Positions 1 through 13,468 of a stretch of 64,000 bases of DNA are shown piece after piece; the first letter of the stretch is position 1, and each line of letters opens with the position of its first letter. Origin of the DNA: Ancylonema sp. (Eukaryota). The translations under genes and the position numbers were made by a program. The stretch covers positions 1 to 64,000 of the forward strand of contig JBFLGF010000130.1 in assembly GCA_050230475.1 (NCBI GenBank), read 5' to 3'. A model generated the notes under the pieces. It made no database searches, was not told the DNA's origin, and saw nothing but the letters and a program-made list of their open reading frames with translations.

Positions 1-891
1 ACACCCGGATTTGGGACCACGTAATATTCACAACCATAATCAATATTTTATGTTTATTTTCATTTTTGTATTTTTTTAAAGGACATGCAGTTACCATACA
101 TATTACATACTAATTCTTGCAATGAGAGAGGGTTCCTGTCGTCTTTCAATAATATACGATTCTCTAATCAATATACATTCATGTTTCAGCCATTTTATGT
201 TCTTCTGTTTTTAAGGTTTTGAAGGGGGTGTTTTCAACTGATTTTTAAGGCTCGCACTTAAGGCAAAACAGTTTTGTAGTTTCGAGTTTTGAAGGCGGCC
301 CAACCCTGCAGAATTGCAATCAGAATGTCAATCAGAACTCTGACAATAGCAGCATTGTGCGCGACTCCCCCACTCGGGCTCGCCTTCCGGGCTGACATCA
401 ACCCAGCCCGGCTGGGAAAGAAGGGTAGATAATCGGGGTCAAAGTTCCCGAACTCGGGGCAGGTCCTCCAAGCCGGGTTGGGCGGGGATTGGCATGATTG
501 TGCACTTTGCCAAAATCCGTGAGAAATTACTCACTCTCATACGACGTATAGGAGTTGTGGTCTCACACCCCGCGAGAGTGACTCTCTCATACTTTCTGAA
601 AATGGATTCCTTTGCTCATGATATGGTGATTATGACATGCACTGCGAATGAGTGAACCCTACAATAATTGGATAGCAGTTTTTCACGACGTCAAATTGTG
701 ACAAAAGAGGAGTGGGCACACACCACTCATTCACAACCAAGAGTTGTTCAGAAATATTTGTACAATTACACACTAAGGATTAACTATCGCAAGACACATT
801 TTACTCATACAATATTTCAAACTAGCCCAAACATGTGCTTTCCGATCCAGCACCTACAACATATTATTCCCAATCATGTCTAAAGGACTCG

Positions 892-3800
892 TCAATCGCT
901 ATCAGAGTCTGAGGCGCCAAACCCCGTCCGAAGGTTGCGTCGATAAAATTTATCTTCCTCCTCCGCCCCTTCCGACTTCTTTGCCTCCACAACCATACCT
1001 AAGTGTGCAATGCAACAAAAATAAGTGAGTGTGAGTGTGAACAGAAGTGTGGGTGCCTCCAAGCATTACTAAGTCGTACATATATAATGGTTATGTAACA
1101 CGTGTCTATGGGCAAATATGTTAGAATACATGCAATTGTGTCCGTTTTTTTGCATGTTCATAAACACATCAAGCCATGAATGTGTGGGCCGGTGTGGTAC
1201 ATTGAGTTTATATGAAGATGAGGGATTTGTGTTCAGTCTCGTAGACTCATACCATTCATGTCTACATGCTTGCTTCTAGCACAAGAAGAAAGACGAGGAA
1301 GAAGAGCACTACCACATCAAAGTACACAACCATAACGCACATCACAGTTATTATTCTAATTCCTGCATAATAATAACAACAACAGTCTCCGAAACTATAG
1401 CCATACCTTGTTTTTTTAACCTCGACAGCAACGCCGCGGGTGCGAAATTGTCTTTCCCTCCGAGCTCCTCGAACCCCACTATCCGATCGATAGCCACTCC
1501 ATCTCTGCACAATGCAGTAAAGACACATCATCATTATGATAATAACAGTAATTATACAGATGTTAACAAAAAGAATGATACTAACATCAATATTAACGAT
1601 AATAGTAATGATAATAATAATAATAATAACAATAAAAATAATAAAAATAATAATAATAATGATGCTGATGATGATAACAACAATAATCAGAACCATTTAC
1701 AACAAATATGATAATATAATAATAGAAATAGTGATAATCATAATGAAAATAATCTTAGTAATAATGATAATGATGCTACCACCCGAGTGAGTTCCTGATC
1801 CCTCCTGTATGTAAGGCTTGTAACCACCCCCTATCGAATATTTTTTAAATAATTTGTTATGTTTTGCTTCTGGCCCAGTGCTAGGTTCTGATTCTGACCT
1901 GAAGAGGACGACACATGGCAACACTTGGATGGCCAGTTTAGTCACAAAAAAGGGACATCTCTGCACGCCGAGAAAAAAAATGAGTGGAAGCAGACTTGTC
2001 AGTAGTGATATAGTCCTGTTTGTTGTCCTGCAGCCGTTAACGATGTGCAAAAGCAACAAATATGACCAACGAAATCATTTTCTAGGGAAATAACTTCACC
2101 ATTTTTGCGCTGAGTCTTGAACCGAACATAGAAAACACCCTCTCTATCCTCCATCTTGCATCTTATTTATGTATACATTTACATGTTATGTGTTTTGTAA
2201 ACCTCAGGCAAGTCAGTACTCGTCTCAAAGAGAAACGAGTGAAAAGTGTACCTTACCTCTGCATCTATGCGCACAAACTTAGTTCCGAAATGCTTTAAAG
2301 CCAAAGGTTTTAGGTGCATGTCCATTATTCTGTACCCAGTCCCACCACCCGAAAGAAAACAGTATTGAATCCGCTGTCACACATGCAAATATACATCCCT
2401 GCAAGAACACGCATTTCGATCATCTGTGCCTCATACTGATGACACAGCTGGTTTACAGACTGTGATCTCAAGAGCAACGATGTTACATGGAGAACAATGA
2501 TGTTATATCGGGAAAAATGATGTTTTACCGAGAATAATAATGTTATATCGAGAACAATGATGTTATATCGAGAACCAGCAGTTGCATATGAGAAAAGAGA
2601 GCATATTTTGCGAGATTTTATCTCGAAGCCGATGCGAAAAGAAGACAAACAAATTTTGGTGCAAGTGTTTTTTTGTACGGGACAAGCAAAAAGTATGAGA
2701 AAGAGCGGCTTACTTGCATCGCCCGAATTCTTTATGGAAAAAGTGTACCACTGTCTTCTCACTACCAGTCACTTCTCCCAAAAACTCCTCGTCAGTGATC
2801 TGCAGAATCCAAAATTTTGAAAGTTCAGAAACTTTGGACCTGCCAGAGCGACAACGCAATCGGACTTCGCACTCACAAAACGGACGGTGTGGGGACACCA
2901 AAGTAATGCAAGTTTTGATTCGCAGTTTCAACAGTGCCGTGCACAGCATTAATGTCACTACAGTTGAGAAAGTGCGATGTACAAAAGAAATAAGTGAGAA
3001 AAGCTTCTCCAATTTTCGTTTGCCAATATGGTGTGTCAACACATGGTGCCTGACGAAATTTCTACCTCTCTATATTCGCCATGCCCTTTTCTCTGCAAGA
3101 CTTGCCGCTTCTCCTGTTCCTTCTGCAAAAAGTAAGAGCATGGGGGTACCACATTTGATCACTTAACTTAGGATCTCAGTCATTCATTGGGCCCTGGACA
3201 CCGACTCGCAGATTTGTATCCAGATTCCAACTTTGAGGCTACATTTTTCATCCCCTTATTTTGCTCTCATGACTCCACACATGCAAGGTAAAGCGAGCCC
3301 CCACACAGAGTGATATGAGAAAGTGATCAGAGAGAGAAGGTAGACTGATCAGACTGAATTGTCGAATCAAATGCCATAACATTTGGAATCCCACACCAAT
3401 CACGGAAGAAGTATGGAAGAAATAGGTGTTGGAACTTCAGTCCTTCCCCCCATTCTTTGCAGAGCTGAGCTGTGTAATGGCCCTGAATCTTCTTGCTTTT
3501 AGCCCTGACTTTTGTCGCCCTACTTTTCATGTCTTAATCTGAAAGCATTTCATGAAATTTAACGAGCGCTCAATATCTGACTGCTTCCATTGGCCACGCA
3601 GCTGTCCTGACCACCACCTCACTTTGCTGATTTCCGGTTGCTTATGAACGTTGTACTTTGCTGCATCCCATTTCTTTCACCGATTCCTTTGACTGAGGCT
3701 CACCTGCATGGCAGCTATTCTGGCGGCATGAAGCTTCTCCAGTTCTGGATCCTGGTTAAGTAAAATAAATATTTTCAGTACAGGCCGCAGTATTTCTGCA

Positions 3801-4640
3801 TTCGATGTTCCATGTGGCATGCTACACATACATATAAAATATATGTTCATGTTCGCACTATGAAAAAGCTAAACAAAACCGACTACCGATAAGCATTCCT
3901 TCATACTCTGTCGATGTCACCCAAAGGTTTACCAATCCGCGACTTCCTGAGCGTATGTTAATCAGCCAATCGGTTCCTCTATCACAATAAGCATGTGGCT
4001 GTGTGTCTCCAAAGAGTATGATCACTGGAGTGACATGAATATGATACTAGAATGCAGACGCTACGCCTTGACAAACATCTTAGCTGTGAGCAAAGGTCCT
4101 TTGCTAGACGTCCCTACCTCTGCCAAGCTATCCAAGTCAAATTCTTCATATGGTGAAGGTGCTGGTCTTGACTGCTCAGATTCTAATACCTCCTGCGCGA
4201 ATAATAAAATGGAGAACGGAAGGAGTTAGTAACAAATTTGTGACACAACGGGACCATGATCAGCAGGAGTCATATTACAGATGATATCTCCACATAAAGT
4301 GAATGTCACATTTGTCATGTGACAGATTACATGAATTGAATTAAACAGTCAGTGCATAGAGTGTGTGCAGACTTACTATCTCCCATATTTAGTTTCATGC
4401 ATGCGCATGCAGGAATGTGATATTCAATTGCACTCTCTGAGCAAGCACATGGAGACTATGACCTAGTCGAATACATTTCTTCTCGATCAGACAAATGTTC
4501 ACAATGCTCATTATTTTCAAACGAAGAGTATTAAAAAAATCAGCCACAACGCGCACCTTGGCGTAGTCTCTCGCAGCAGCTGCCATCACATTCCCGTAAT
4601 TCAGGCTTGACATCTGCTCCTTAAACTTCGCTGGATCCAT
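892..4640 (-). CDS. PLP3: Phosducin-like protein 3 / thioredoxin-domain protein 9 (PLP3/TXNDC9 type), 9 exons
   Basis: GT-AG exons 4557-4640, 4118-4192, 3704-3751, 3066-3122, 2714-2799, 2257-2329, 1899-1960, 1407-1504 and 892-998 splice in frame: MDPAKFKEQMSSLNYGNVMAAAARDYAK-EVL...DLDSLAE-DPELEKLHAARIAAMQ-KEQEKRQVLQRKGHGEYRE-ITDEEFLGEVTGSEKTVVHFFHKEFGRCK-IMDMHLK...-CPFFVTKLAIQVLPCVVLFR-DGVAIDRIVGFEELGGKD...SDSDSD*. This closely matches plant PLP3. Confidence 0.93.
1530..1775. repeat. (AAT/GAT)n-rich intronic microsatellite
   Basis: Imperfect trinucleotide runs (aataataat, gatgat) inside a PLP3 intron. They generate the poly-N/poly-I ORFs in the track. Confidence 0.85.
2478..2578. repeat. ~20-bp tandem repeat, about 5 copies (atgatgttatatcgagaaca)
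   Basis: Directly visible imperfect tandem units in a PLP3 intron. Confidence 0.8.
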
Positions 4641-5095
4641 GGTTGAATTGTAGATAAATCTAGTATAATGTGGGAAATGATGGCGTTAAATGAGCGATTG
4701 GTGGAAAGCAGGAGAAAGTATTAAAAAGTGAAAAGTATGACTGCTGAAATGGAGAAAAATATATATATTAATGATCTGACTGAAGGTTCAGATGGACAAT
4801 TGTGGGGGCTATCAAATCCTTATGTGTTTGGTCTCAGGGTGCATACAGGTTCTTCTTTCTGTTCAGATAAGGAACAACAGATTGCACCTGCATATGAGGT
4901 GAAAGGCCTGGTGGGGTGGGTGGGTGGTTGCTGGTGGGGACTGAAAACGCACACCAACATCTAACCAGGAAAAAAAAGCGAGGGAACATTTAGTGGGAAC
5001 GAAGTGTCGTGTTTCTACAACGACTCCCGTTAAAAACAATCATTCGGCACAGAATTAGAAGCCATCGTTCGAATGTCGGTTACCCGGCTAGCTTG

Positions 5096-5133
5096 ACGGC
5101 TCACGTTTCCGTGAACGGCTCACGTTTCCGTGA
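5096..5133. repeat. 19-bp tandem duplication (acggctcacgtttccgtga x2) in the divergent PLP3/GDPD intergenic region
   Basis: Exact adjacent duplication between two head-to-head genes whose start codons are about 850 bp apart. Confidence 0.7.
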
Positions 5134-5495
5134 ATGCGCTTGCCGCACGCTGCACCGATTCGATGCTCTTTGACCCAGGTGTAGATTCCTATGTGGATTC
5201 CTATTCCTATTTTCCTATCGGAGGGCAGAGATCAACTCCACTGAAGTTATAGACGGCTCGATGAAAAAAAGATTCTTCGATGTGATTTTGACTTCCTGGA
5301 GATTCCCTCATGCAAGATGACCCAAAATGGCTTCGGAGGGGGCACTTAAAATACAGGGGCACACCAATCCCCCAGAGGTCGGAGAGATTTTTCCGAATCA
5401 ATTCCATGCCCGCTTTTCATTCCTCGCTGAGACGCTTCTCTACCCTGCTGCGTCCTCGCCACGATCGTAAATCATTTCAGCAGTCCTCGCAGGAA

Positions 5496-7851
5496 ATGAA
5501 CATGGGGCTTCAAGAAGAGAGCGTTTCTCAGGTAATTTTGATCACTCAACATTTCGCACAGGTACATGCTTACACATAATTTGTCGGACAGCAAGACGAA
5601 TAGAAGGAAAGCATATCATTCAAATCCCGTTTCTCTTAAAGCATTTCCCCGATCGGGGTGATCCAAATCCATTTGCGAGACGAGTTTTATTTTGTGCTTG
5701 TAGGTTGGCACTAAACTATTAATTTTTTTATTCTATGGGCGGATTAAAACTGATCAAATTTTGAAGGTTGTCCTTTTATGATCATCGGAATATGAGATAC
5801 CCGTCACACTCAATATAGTTGAAGTCTCTCATATTATTCAGGGTGCGAGTCGCACCTATCAAAGAATAGTCGAGAACAGTCGCCATTTATACGCTCATCT
5901 TGAGAAACGAAAGGAAGGAGCCTCTGCATAAAATTATACACAGCTGTTGTGTACTTCTGACGATATGCGACCAGGAGCAGGAGAGCAGCGGCTCTTGCCT
6001 CTGACTGTAGTTTGTACACTAAAGCAGAGTTACAGAGTCACGGTGTCCAACCCGGGTGTAGGAATGTCGAGTATCCCGATATATCCGACATGTTTTCGTT
6101 ATAACTGGATGGGGGTCCCGCGAAAAGCTATTTTTTCGCGTGTCAATCTCTACTTGTGGAGACTGTGATGATGGCCTCGAGGACTTGTGATCTGGAAGTC
6201 AACAAGCCCATTGGAGAGCATAAATACGGACACAAAATGTCTCAAATGTTTGACACCTGCATGAATGAATGCACACACACTTCACACACTCGGGCATGTG
6301 GTATGCGAATTCACCCCAAACCCTCCTTCGGCCCATCGCACAGTGGAAACTCATTCCGATAGACGATTCCTACTGAGCAGCACTACTTGTGTCTGTTGAT
6401 TTCACCTGCCCAGTCTCCTGCCACACTTCCCATTGTCCCTGTCTCCACATCACCGAGCCTCCCAAAAATCCCTCCACACTTTCCTGCTATCAATTTTTGA
6501 ACGCTATGTCTAAAAATTCACCCGCGACTGCATCTCATCTTCTCCCCCTCCTCCTCCTCCTCTGTTGCCGACTCCTGCTCCCTCTGTTCCCATCTCCTGC
6601 AGCTCCCCACCCTCCTCCTGGTGGCTGGGGGGTTGGCTGCTCTCTTAGTTGTGTTCAAGCCCATCTACGAAAAGAAAATCCGATCAGACTCTGCCCTTCA
6701 TCCCAACCACTGCCCCGTTCTGCAAAAGCTTCAGATACCCGTGCACGCCAGCCATAGGTATTTAACCTGTAACCTGTAACCTGTAACCTGTGACCTGTGA
6801 CCTGTAACCAGTGTAACCTGTGGTCTTGACCAGGGTACTCGTCAGTGGTCATATGTTACGGACATGAGTCACGTGCAGAGGTTGACCTTCAACTGTGATT
6901 GTAGACGTGTGTGTGCATCTACTTTGGATACAGGGGTGCATCAGTGGGAAACCGCCATCACCTCCTCCACTGGAAATGATGGTGTGAGTGACATATGAGA
7001 TAGTGAGAGGTAGAGGAGTGCGATCCATGGAAGAATGCTGAGCTGGCAGGGATAGAAAAAAACAGGCCGTACAGAGGGGGGCCGCACAGAGGGACGAGTC
7101 TCATGGCACATTAGAAAAGCCCCAAAAAAAACAAAAACCAAAAATATTTTCTTAAATTTCCTGAAATTGCAAGAAGCAATTCTTAAAATAGAAAAAAACT
7201 AAAAAAACCAACAAAAACTTGTTTTTTTTGGGAAGAAAACCCTACAAAAACCGTGAAAATAAAGAGGGACATGATAAAAACGAGGGGTATGTTTCAGGAA
7301 ATCTAAACACCGATTTTTTCTGTCCTTTATATGCAGAGGGGGCAGCCTCATCCGCCCGGAAAACACTCTCCTTGCCTTCCGCAACGCGGTGGAGGGGCAG
7401 GATCCGGAAGGAGTGCTCCGCAAAACGCAAGTGCTGGAATTCGACATCCAGAAAACGAGAGATGGGCAGCTGGTGAGTGGGGGGGAATTGAGGCGGTGTG
7501 ACCTTCGAAACACTCGCAATCGAACTGAGAATCGAATGGGGTGCCGGGGAACACCTGAAAATATATGGATGAAAGGAAGTGTAGGAATGAATACAAATGA
7601 ATTTGTATAACTGTCTACACATACACATATGATATGTATACTGTGTACATGTATACACATGTATACACGTACATATTACCATATGCATGAGAACAGTCCA
7701 CACATGTACCATCATTCCAACCGGTCTCCACAACACTCCATAACCGCTTTTCCAAGTGCTACTGGCATATCAAGCTGCCTCATATATATGTATATAAATA
7801 TATATATATATGTACACACATATACACATATACATGTATATAAATATATAC

Positions 7852-7884
<33 letters not shown>

Positions 7885-7888
7885 CATT

Positions 7889-7925
<37 letters not shown>

Positions 7926-10900
7926 GTATATATATATATACATATATATTTATTTTTATATATATATGAATATGTATATGTATCTATGTATATGTATATA
8001 TATACATGTACACGTATATAAATGTATACATACATATATATATATACATATATGTACATATATATACATATACATATATATATATATATATATACATATA
8101 AACATATCTGGTCTCTGGGTATGTGATAACCGGGTGCAGGTCCTCATGCATAACCTGGTTGTGGACGCAACCACCAACGGCACGGGGCCGGTTTGCGAAT
8201 ACAGCCTAGAAGAAATCAGGTGCAGGAGCATGGACTCCAAAAACCCAGAAAACAGCCCAGGAAAAACCCTAAAACGGGCTCAGACCTGAATTCGAACCTG
8301 AACCTGAACCGGGACGTGGCACCGACTTTGCACCGCAGGCAGCTGGATGCGGGGTACCGATTCTCTATGGATGGGGGGAAGACATTCCCCTAGAGGGGGC
8401 AGGGGGTGCAAGTGCCTACTCTGAAAGAGGTAGGTTTTTTTTAGTTTTTTTTTTAAACTATTTGTTATCAGCATTTTGAATGTCGGTTGTGCTTGATGTG
8501 TGTGCCTTTACAGACGTCGTGCTTCATCCTTCATCAGCATCAAGGCTGGCATAGGTTCCTCTTTTCATTAAAAAAACGATCTTTCTCCCTTGCATGATTT
8601 ATAAAATTAGCGATTGACTTTTCACTGATAGAGATGTACTCTGGAGATCCATTTCTGCCTTCTTTGGCCGACATCCACCGACTTATTCTTATATTTGCCC
8701 ATTTCTGCCGACTCCGGCGTGCTTGACCTCATTTTTGCCTACTTTTACCTACTTTTGCCTACTTCTGCCTACTTTTGCCTACTTTTGCCGACATCTGCCT
8801 GCCCAGATGTTGGAGGAGTTTGTGCCTCGACCTGACCTCGTGTTTTATTTGGACTTCAAACGACCGGAGGGGGTCGCTGAGGCCATGCAGGTGAGTCGAA
8901 AACGAAGGGTGGGCGTTGGGAATCATCCGCTTGCCTCCCCTTCATATCAGTGTCAATATCGACCACAAACCACAGACCACAGACCACAGACCACAGACCA
9001 CAGACCACAGACCATAGACCACAGACCACAGACCACAGACCACAGACCACAGATCACAGACCACAGACCACAGACCACAGACAGAAGGAGTACGTGAGAA
9101 ACGAAGAAGAGTCTCCCCCACACCACTCTGTGTGCTCCATTCAATACAACAAATACTGATGTATATACATACACATACACATGTATATATATAAATACAT
9201 ATATATATACACACACACACATTCTATATATATATACATACATTTATACATATATATATACACATATATATATATATATACACACATATATATGTGTATA
9301 TACACATATCTATATGCATACATATATATGCATATGTATATGTATGTATGTATATATATGGATATTTATTTATTTTATTTTTTATGTATACATGGATGAC
9401 TAGATACTTTATTACATGCCGATATTCGATAGTGAAGGGTTGGGTGTGCTGCATTCCGACTCATGTCCTTCCACTCAAGCAGAGGGGTGTGTGTTCAGAT
9501 GGTTCGAGAATTCGAGTTAGAGGAGCGAATCATTTGTGGGGCGGTGCCTCCAAAGGCAAACAGAGTGGTGGGGGGATGATATGAAAAGAGAGGGGTTAGG
9601 GGGGCCAGGTAATCACATCAGACAAGTTTATTTAGTGTACATATGAATGAACGAAAACGTATCCTCGATTCCTATTGGGGCGTGTAATCTATGCTGCCAA
9701 ATGATGTGGCGATGCATCGATTCTAAATAAGTGTCTGCATTGTTGATTATTGGATAGGTGCTCCGCTTGAAACCCAAATGCGCCCCCGCCTCGCCTGACA
9801 TCCACTCCATGATCCTCATGTGAGATACACACACCTGCTTCTCTCTGTTGTTTGTGTATTTCAATGTTTAAGAGTGGACACACCCGCGTGTTTTTGTATC
9901 CCTGTATAATTGATTCATTTGACCCCAGAAATTCGCAAATCAAGTTTTATCTCGCCTCCTCTCTGAAAAGCACCTCCTTTAGTACTTCCGTTTTTGGAAT
10001 TTTTGAAATCCCTTCCCACTCCCAACAGCACCCGCAATTGTTCAAATCATGTTCCAAAATCACCCAACTTTCAAAAAACAAATATCAAACTACTCTTACC
10101 GCAAATCCTCAAAAAATCCCAAACCCAACCATCATGGTACCTCTACACTCAACCCACATCACAAACCTCCACTTTTTCACTCTACACCCTTCCACATGAT
10201 AAACCCCAAACCTCACAAACCATCCAACTTTCTCGTTTGACCTACGTGGTGGGTTGGTTTCATTCGTTCTACAGGTACGTGTTCTACAAGCTGGGCCTCC
10301 TTTGGGTCTTACCCATGAAGTTTGAGATTGTGGGGACCACTGCACACAGATGGGGGTGTAAGGTGAGGAGAGGGGCATTATCATAAGAGAGGGAGGGATG
10401 GTATTCAAAGAGAGGGGGAGATGGTATTCAAAGAGAGGGGTTTTTGAAGAGTGAAGGGGAAGGATAGGGGAAACTAAACAGAGGGGGTTTACTAAATTAC
10501 TTCTTTTGTTATATGCACTGTTTGTGTCTCGTTTTTTGTTTTGTGATATATACTCTTGTTCATCGTGTTGTACTTTAAGGCCACGTTTTGGAATTGATTC
10601 AGTTTCTCTCCGACAACTTAGCCGAGGGAGTGTTGTGGTTGCTGCTCGTTGAAAGGAAAGGGGGGGGGGGGGGATCGCAGGTTTTGACATCGGGCTTAGT
10701 GAGCGCTTTTCATCGAAGAAATGTAAGTTGTGACTAAATGTAATCCAATATTGGAAAACATGACCACGACAACTTGCCCAAGGTGTTACTGAAGAAGTTA
10801 TCATCACTTCTCACAATTGTGTCTACTCGCATGTGCTCTTCTTGTCGAGTGCGGTTCACGAAAGAAGCACCACAGTGAGCTTTGCATGGATGAACATTTT

Positions 10901-11484
10901 GGTCGGTGGGTCTTTGTGTGCAGAGGCTGATGGCTGTCTTCGGCGACTACATCGATGTGGCGGAGGGACAGGTGGGACAAGGTTTCGTCAAAAAGTCGAT
11001 ATGCACACTCCATGTTTGTGTGTATGTTTGCATCTTCCAAAAAAGTGTGTATGTGTGTGTGTGTCTGTGTGTATGTGTGTATGTGTGTATGTGCGTATGT
11101 GTGTATGTGCGTATGTGTGTATGTATGTGTGTATATGTGTAGAAATGTATGTTTTTATTCATATTACTGCATGTATGTATGTATAGGTGTGTGTGTATGT
11201 GTGTTTGTGTTTGTGTTTGTATATGTATATGTTTATTTTTGTCAATGTGTATGTGTGTATGTCTATATGTGTGTGTGTGTATGTGTGGATTTCATCCATA
11301 TAAATTTTGATTCGATTGTGCTAAGAGGTGTGTGTAAAAAAAAATTGGAGGGGGTCGGGAGTGGCAGCTCGATTGCTTGGCGCTCGGCTGCGACATCCTC
11401 GTCACCGATCGACCAGATGTGCTCCATTCAACACTTGACACGTGGCATGGGCGCACAGAAAACAAAGGACCAAAAGAGGAATGA
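5496..11484 (+). CDS. Glycerophosphodiester phosphodiesterase (GDPD family, membrane-anchored), 12 exons; in-frame TAG at 8391-8393, possible pseudogene
   Basis: Exons 5496-5531 (tentative), 6603-6757, 7337-7472, 8140-8219, 8339-8429, 8807-8890, 9499-~9567, 9758-9819, 10275-10362, 10681-10722, 10924-10971 and 11368-11484. The product has a hydrophobic N-terminus and the motifs [67 protein letters not shown] and [11 protein letters not shown], which are typical of GDPD enzymes. Confidence 0.85.
6764..6820. repeat. (aacctgt/gacctgt)n 7-mer tandem repeat just after a splice donor
   Basis: Visible 7-bp units in GDPD intron 2. Confidence 0.8.
7780..8107. repeat. (TA/TACA)n microsatellite
   Basis: Long imperfect TA run in a GDPD intron. 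Confidence 0.95.
8961..9083. repeat. (gaccaca)n 7-mer microsatellite
   Basis: About 17 near-perfect copies in a GDPD intron; source of the TTDHRPQ/WSVVCGL ORFs. Confidence 0.95.
9160..9395. repeat. (TA/CA/TG)n microsatellite
   Basis: Imperfect dinucleotide run in a GDPD intron. Confidence 0.9.
11045..11288. repeat. (TG/TATG)n microsatellite
   Basis: Imperfect dinucleotide run in the last GDPD intron. Confidence 0.9.
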
Positions 11485-12598
11485 AATTTCGAAATCCGTG
11501 GGGCCACTCGGGGCCCCACGATCATTTTTTCGACTATCCATCATGAGAGGCAATGGTGAATAGTTAACGAACCCCTCAAACGGAATGTCATCGAGTAAAG
11601 TTATGTAAACATAGTCGTGTAGTTATGCGAGATTTGAGAGTGTATTGCAAGATATCAAACAATTTCGATTTCGACCCTTAATAGAGAGTCAATTGTGTTC
11701 TACTTGTGAACCCAAATTGTGACCACGCTTGTACCTTGCGGTCACTTTTTATAAAGATAGCTATCACTTTTTATAAAGAAATCTTTTGAAAAGTGCACTG
11801 TCTTAACATGGGACTGTACATTTTGTCCATATATAAAGCTAGTTTTAACACGTAAGCCATTTGTGACTGTCACCGTATTTGGATTTTGCACGTATTGTGT
11901 CATTTATCTAACTTCAATTTATGTGTGTCAAGTCAAAGATGTGCGAATCAATATTTTTGCATTTATTGACATAATACATCAGTATGCAATTTATTTTTTT
12001 GGTCTTCGAGGTTTCCCACATGCTTGTCACAAGGACTATAGTGTCTAACCATTGGTGCCTTAATTTGCTTCCTTTGCTTCCTTTGCTTCCTGAAAAGTTG
12101 GTCTAGTCAACCTTCGGGTGAGACCCGCAAGCAAACAAGAATTGTTGATTGTCGCCAAATAACTATTTTTGACTATAAGGCCTAGTTCTAGCATGAATGA
12201 TTTGTGCTCGCGACCGTGCAATGCAATACTGCAGCAGCGATGTATAACGCTGATTAAATAATTATTTCGGAGGGGGACTTGGCGTTATGTTCTTCGCTAA
12301 AAATCGCCGTTTTGGGGACATGTATGGCCGAATAAATTTGCATTCTCGAGTTTTTCCCCTAGTTGGCTTTTCAATCCCGTTTTTAGTCCATGTCCATAAG
12401 CCTACGTGGCGGTTGCCGAAATCCCACAAGTGCGTATTGCACCCAAGTTTTGTCCTATGTGCGACCAAGTATTTAGACACGTGCGAACTAAACTTAGTTT
12501 CGCGCGAATGTAACGTTATGTGAATATAACATAACGTGGGAGATCGTGTTGTCTCCGCGACCACAACCAAATGCATGCTATATCGCCAAACAACGTAT

Positions 12599-13360
12599 TG
12601 TAGAAAAAGGCAATCAATACTAGCCTCAGAGCGAGGTTCGCACTAGTGGATAGACTTTTGTTATAAGGAGAGCTCACTTAGCTCGCTATAACGCGAACGG
12701 ATACTTAAGCATTCGTCATGTATGATGTCGGTTAGTTTCTTTGACCGTATGCATTTGCTAGGTTGACTAGCGGAATACAAGGTATTATTCATGTGGCAAG
12801 TCCTCGTAGATGTGGTCAAGCAAGTAACAATAATTCATTCGGTGCACATTAGATTGGCGTTGTGTATTCTTTGTGAGCAATTCCATACAAAATAAGCATG
12901 CAAGTCGCAGCAAGGGAAATGTGCAATCAGGGCTGACTTGATTTTCATTCAGCAAAGAATCATTCCAGTCCAGTATGGCTGATAATTCTATAATTGGTAT
13001 CAGAGCCAATGGCGACCTGGACAATTTCCAAAGGCCACATCTAATTTTGAAGATCATCAACTACCGTTGGTGGAGTACCGTAGTGAAGCAAATGCTACGC
13101 GAAAAGAAGGTTTGAGGCCACGTGCAAGGCACCGTCGTAGTACCCGCACCAAGTCCCATGCTTGGCGCTGGCGCCACTCCCACTCCTCCTGCAATGCCCG
13201 CCATCGCAGCCGCAATGGGCGTAGTTGTTGCTCCTGCTGTTGCTGCAAATCCGGGCGTGACTAAGGCCACGGTGCATGTTATTTTTCGATATAGCGTGCA
13301 TTGTTTTGTTGTAGCAGGTTCAGTTCGCACATGTGGGAATACTTGGACACGTGGTGGTCT
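12599..13360 (+). mobile_element. Truncated LTR retrotransposon (Copia-like): putative 5' LTR, tRNA-iMet PBS and start of internal region
   Basis: TGGTATCAGAGCC at 12995-13007 is the canonical iMet primer-binding site. The candidate LTR 12599-12992 starts TGTAGAA and ends TTCTATA (inverted repeat, CA apparently mutated to TA), with an AT spacer before the PBS. An Ala/Pro-rich, gag-N-terminus-like frame follows at 13122-13270. No pol or 3' LTR is visible. Confidence 0.6.
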
Positions 13361-13468
13361 AAAACCAAAACCCAAAAAAACCCAAAAAAAACCCAAAAAA
13401 AAACCCAAAAAAACCCAAAAAAAAAACCCAAAAAAAACCCAAAAAAAACCCAAAAAAACCCAAAAATA
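13361..13468. repeat. A-tract/CCC low-complexity repeat (ccc + a6-10)n
   Basis: About 10 units of roughly 10-13 bp. Similar tracts occur at 13955-14090, 16470-16570, 17010-17290, 33640-33675 and 61585-61680. Confidence 0.85.

Noticed and set aside
6833..6985. Extra GDPD exons between SHR and GG
   Set aside because: The HRGG motif forms by direct splicing of 6757 to 7337, and an insertion would break the catalytic motif.
7629..9584. Long YI-, TTDHRPQ- and WSVVCGL-repeat ORFs
   Set aside because: They are translations of intronic microsatellites. The same applies to the ORFs at 1262-1790, 10833-11563, 13061-13538, 46394-46928 and 47322-47793.
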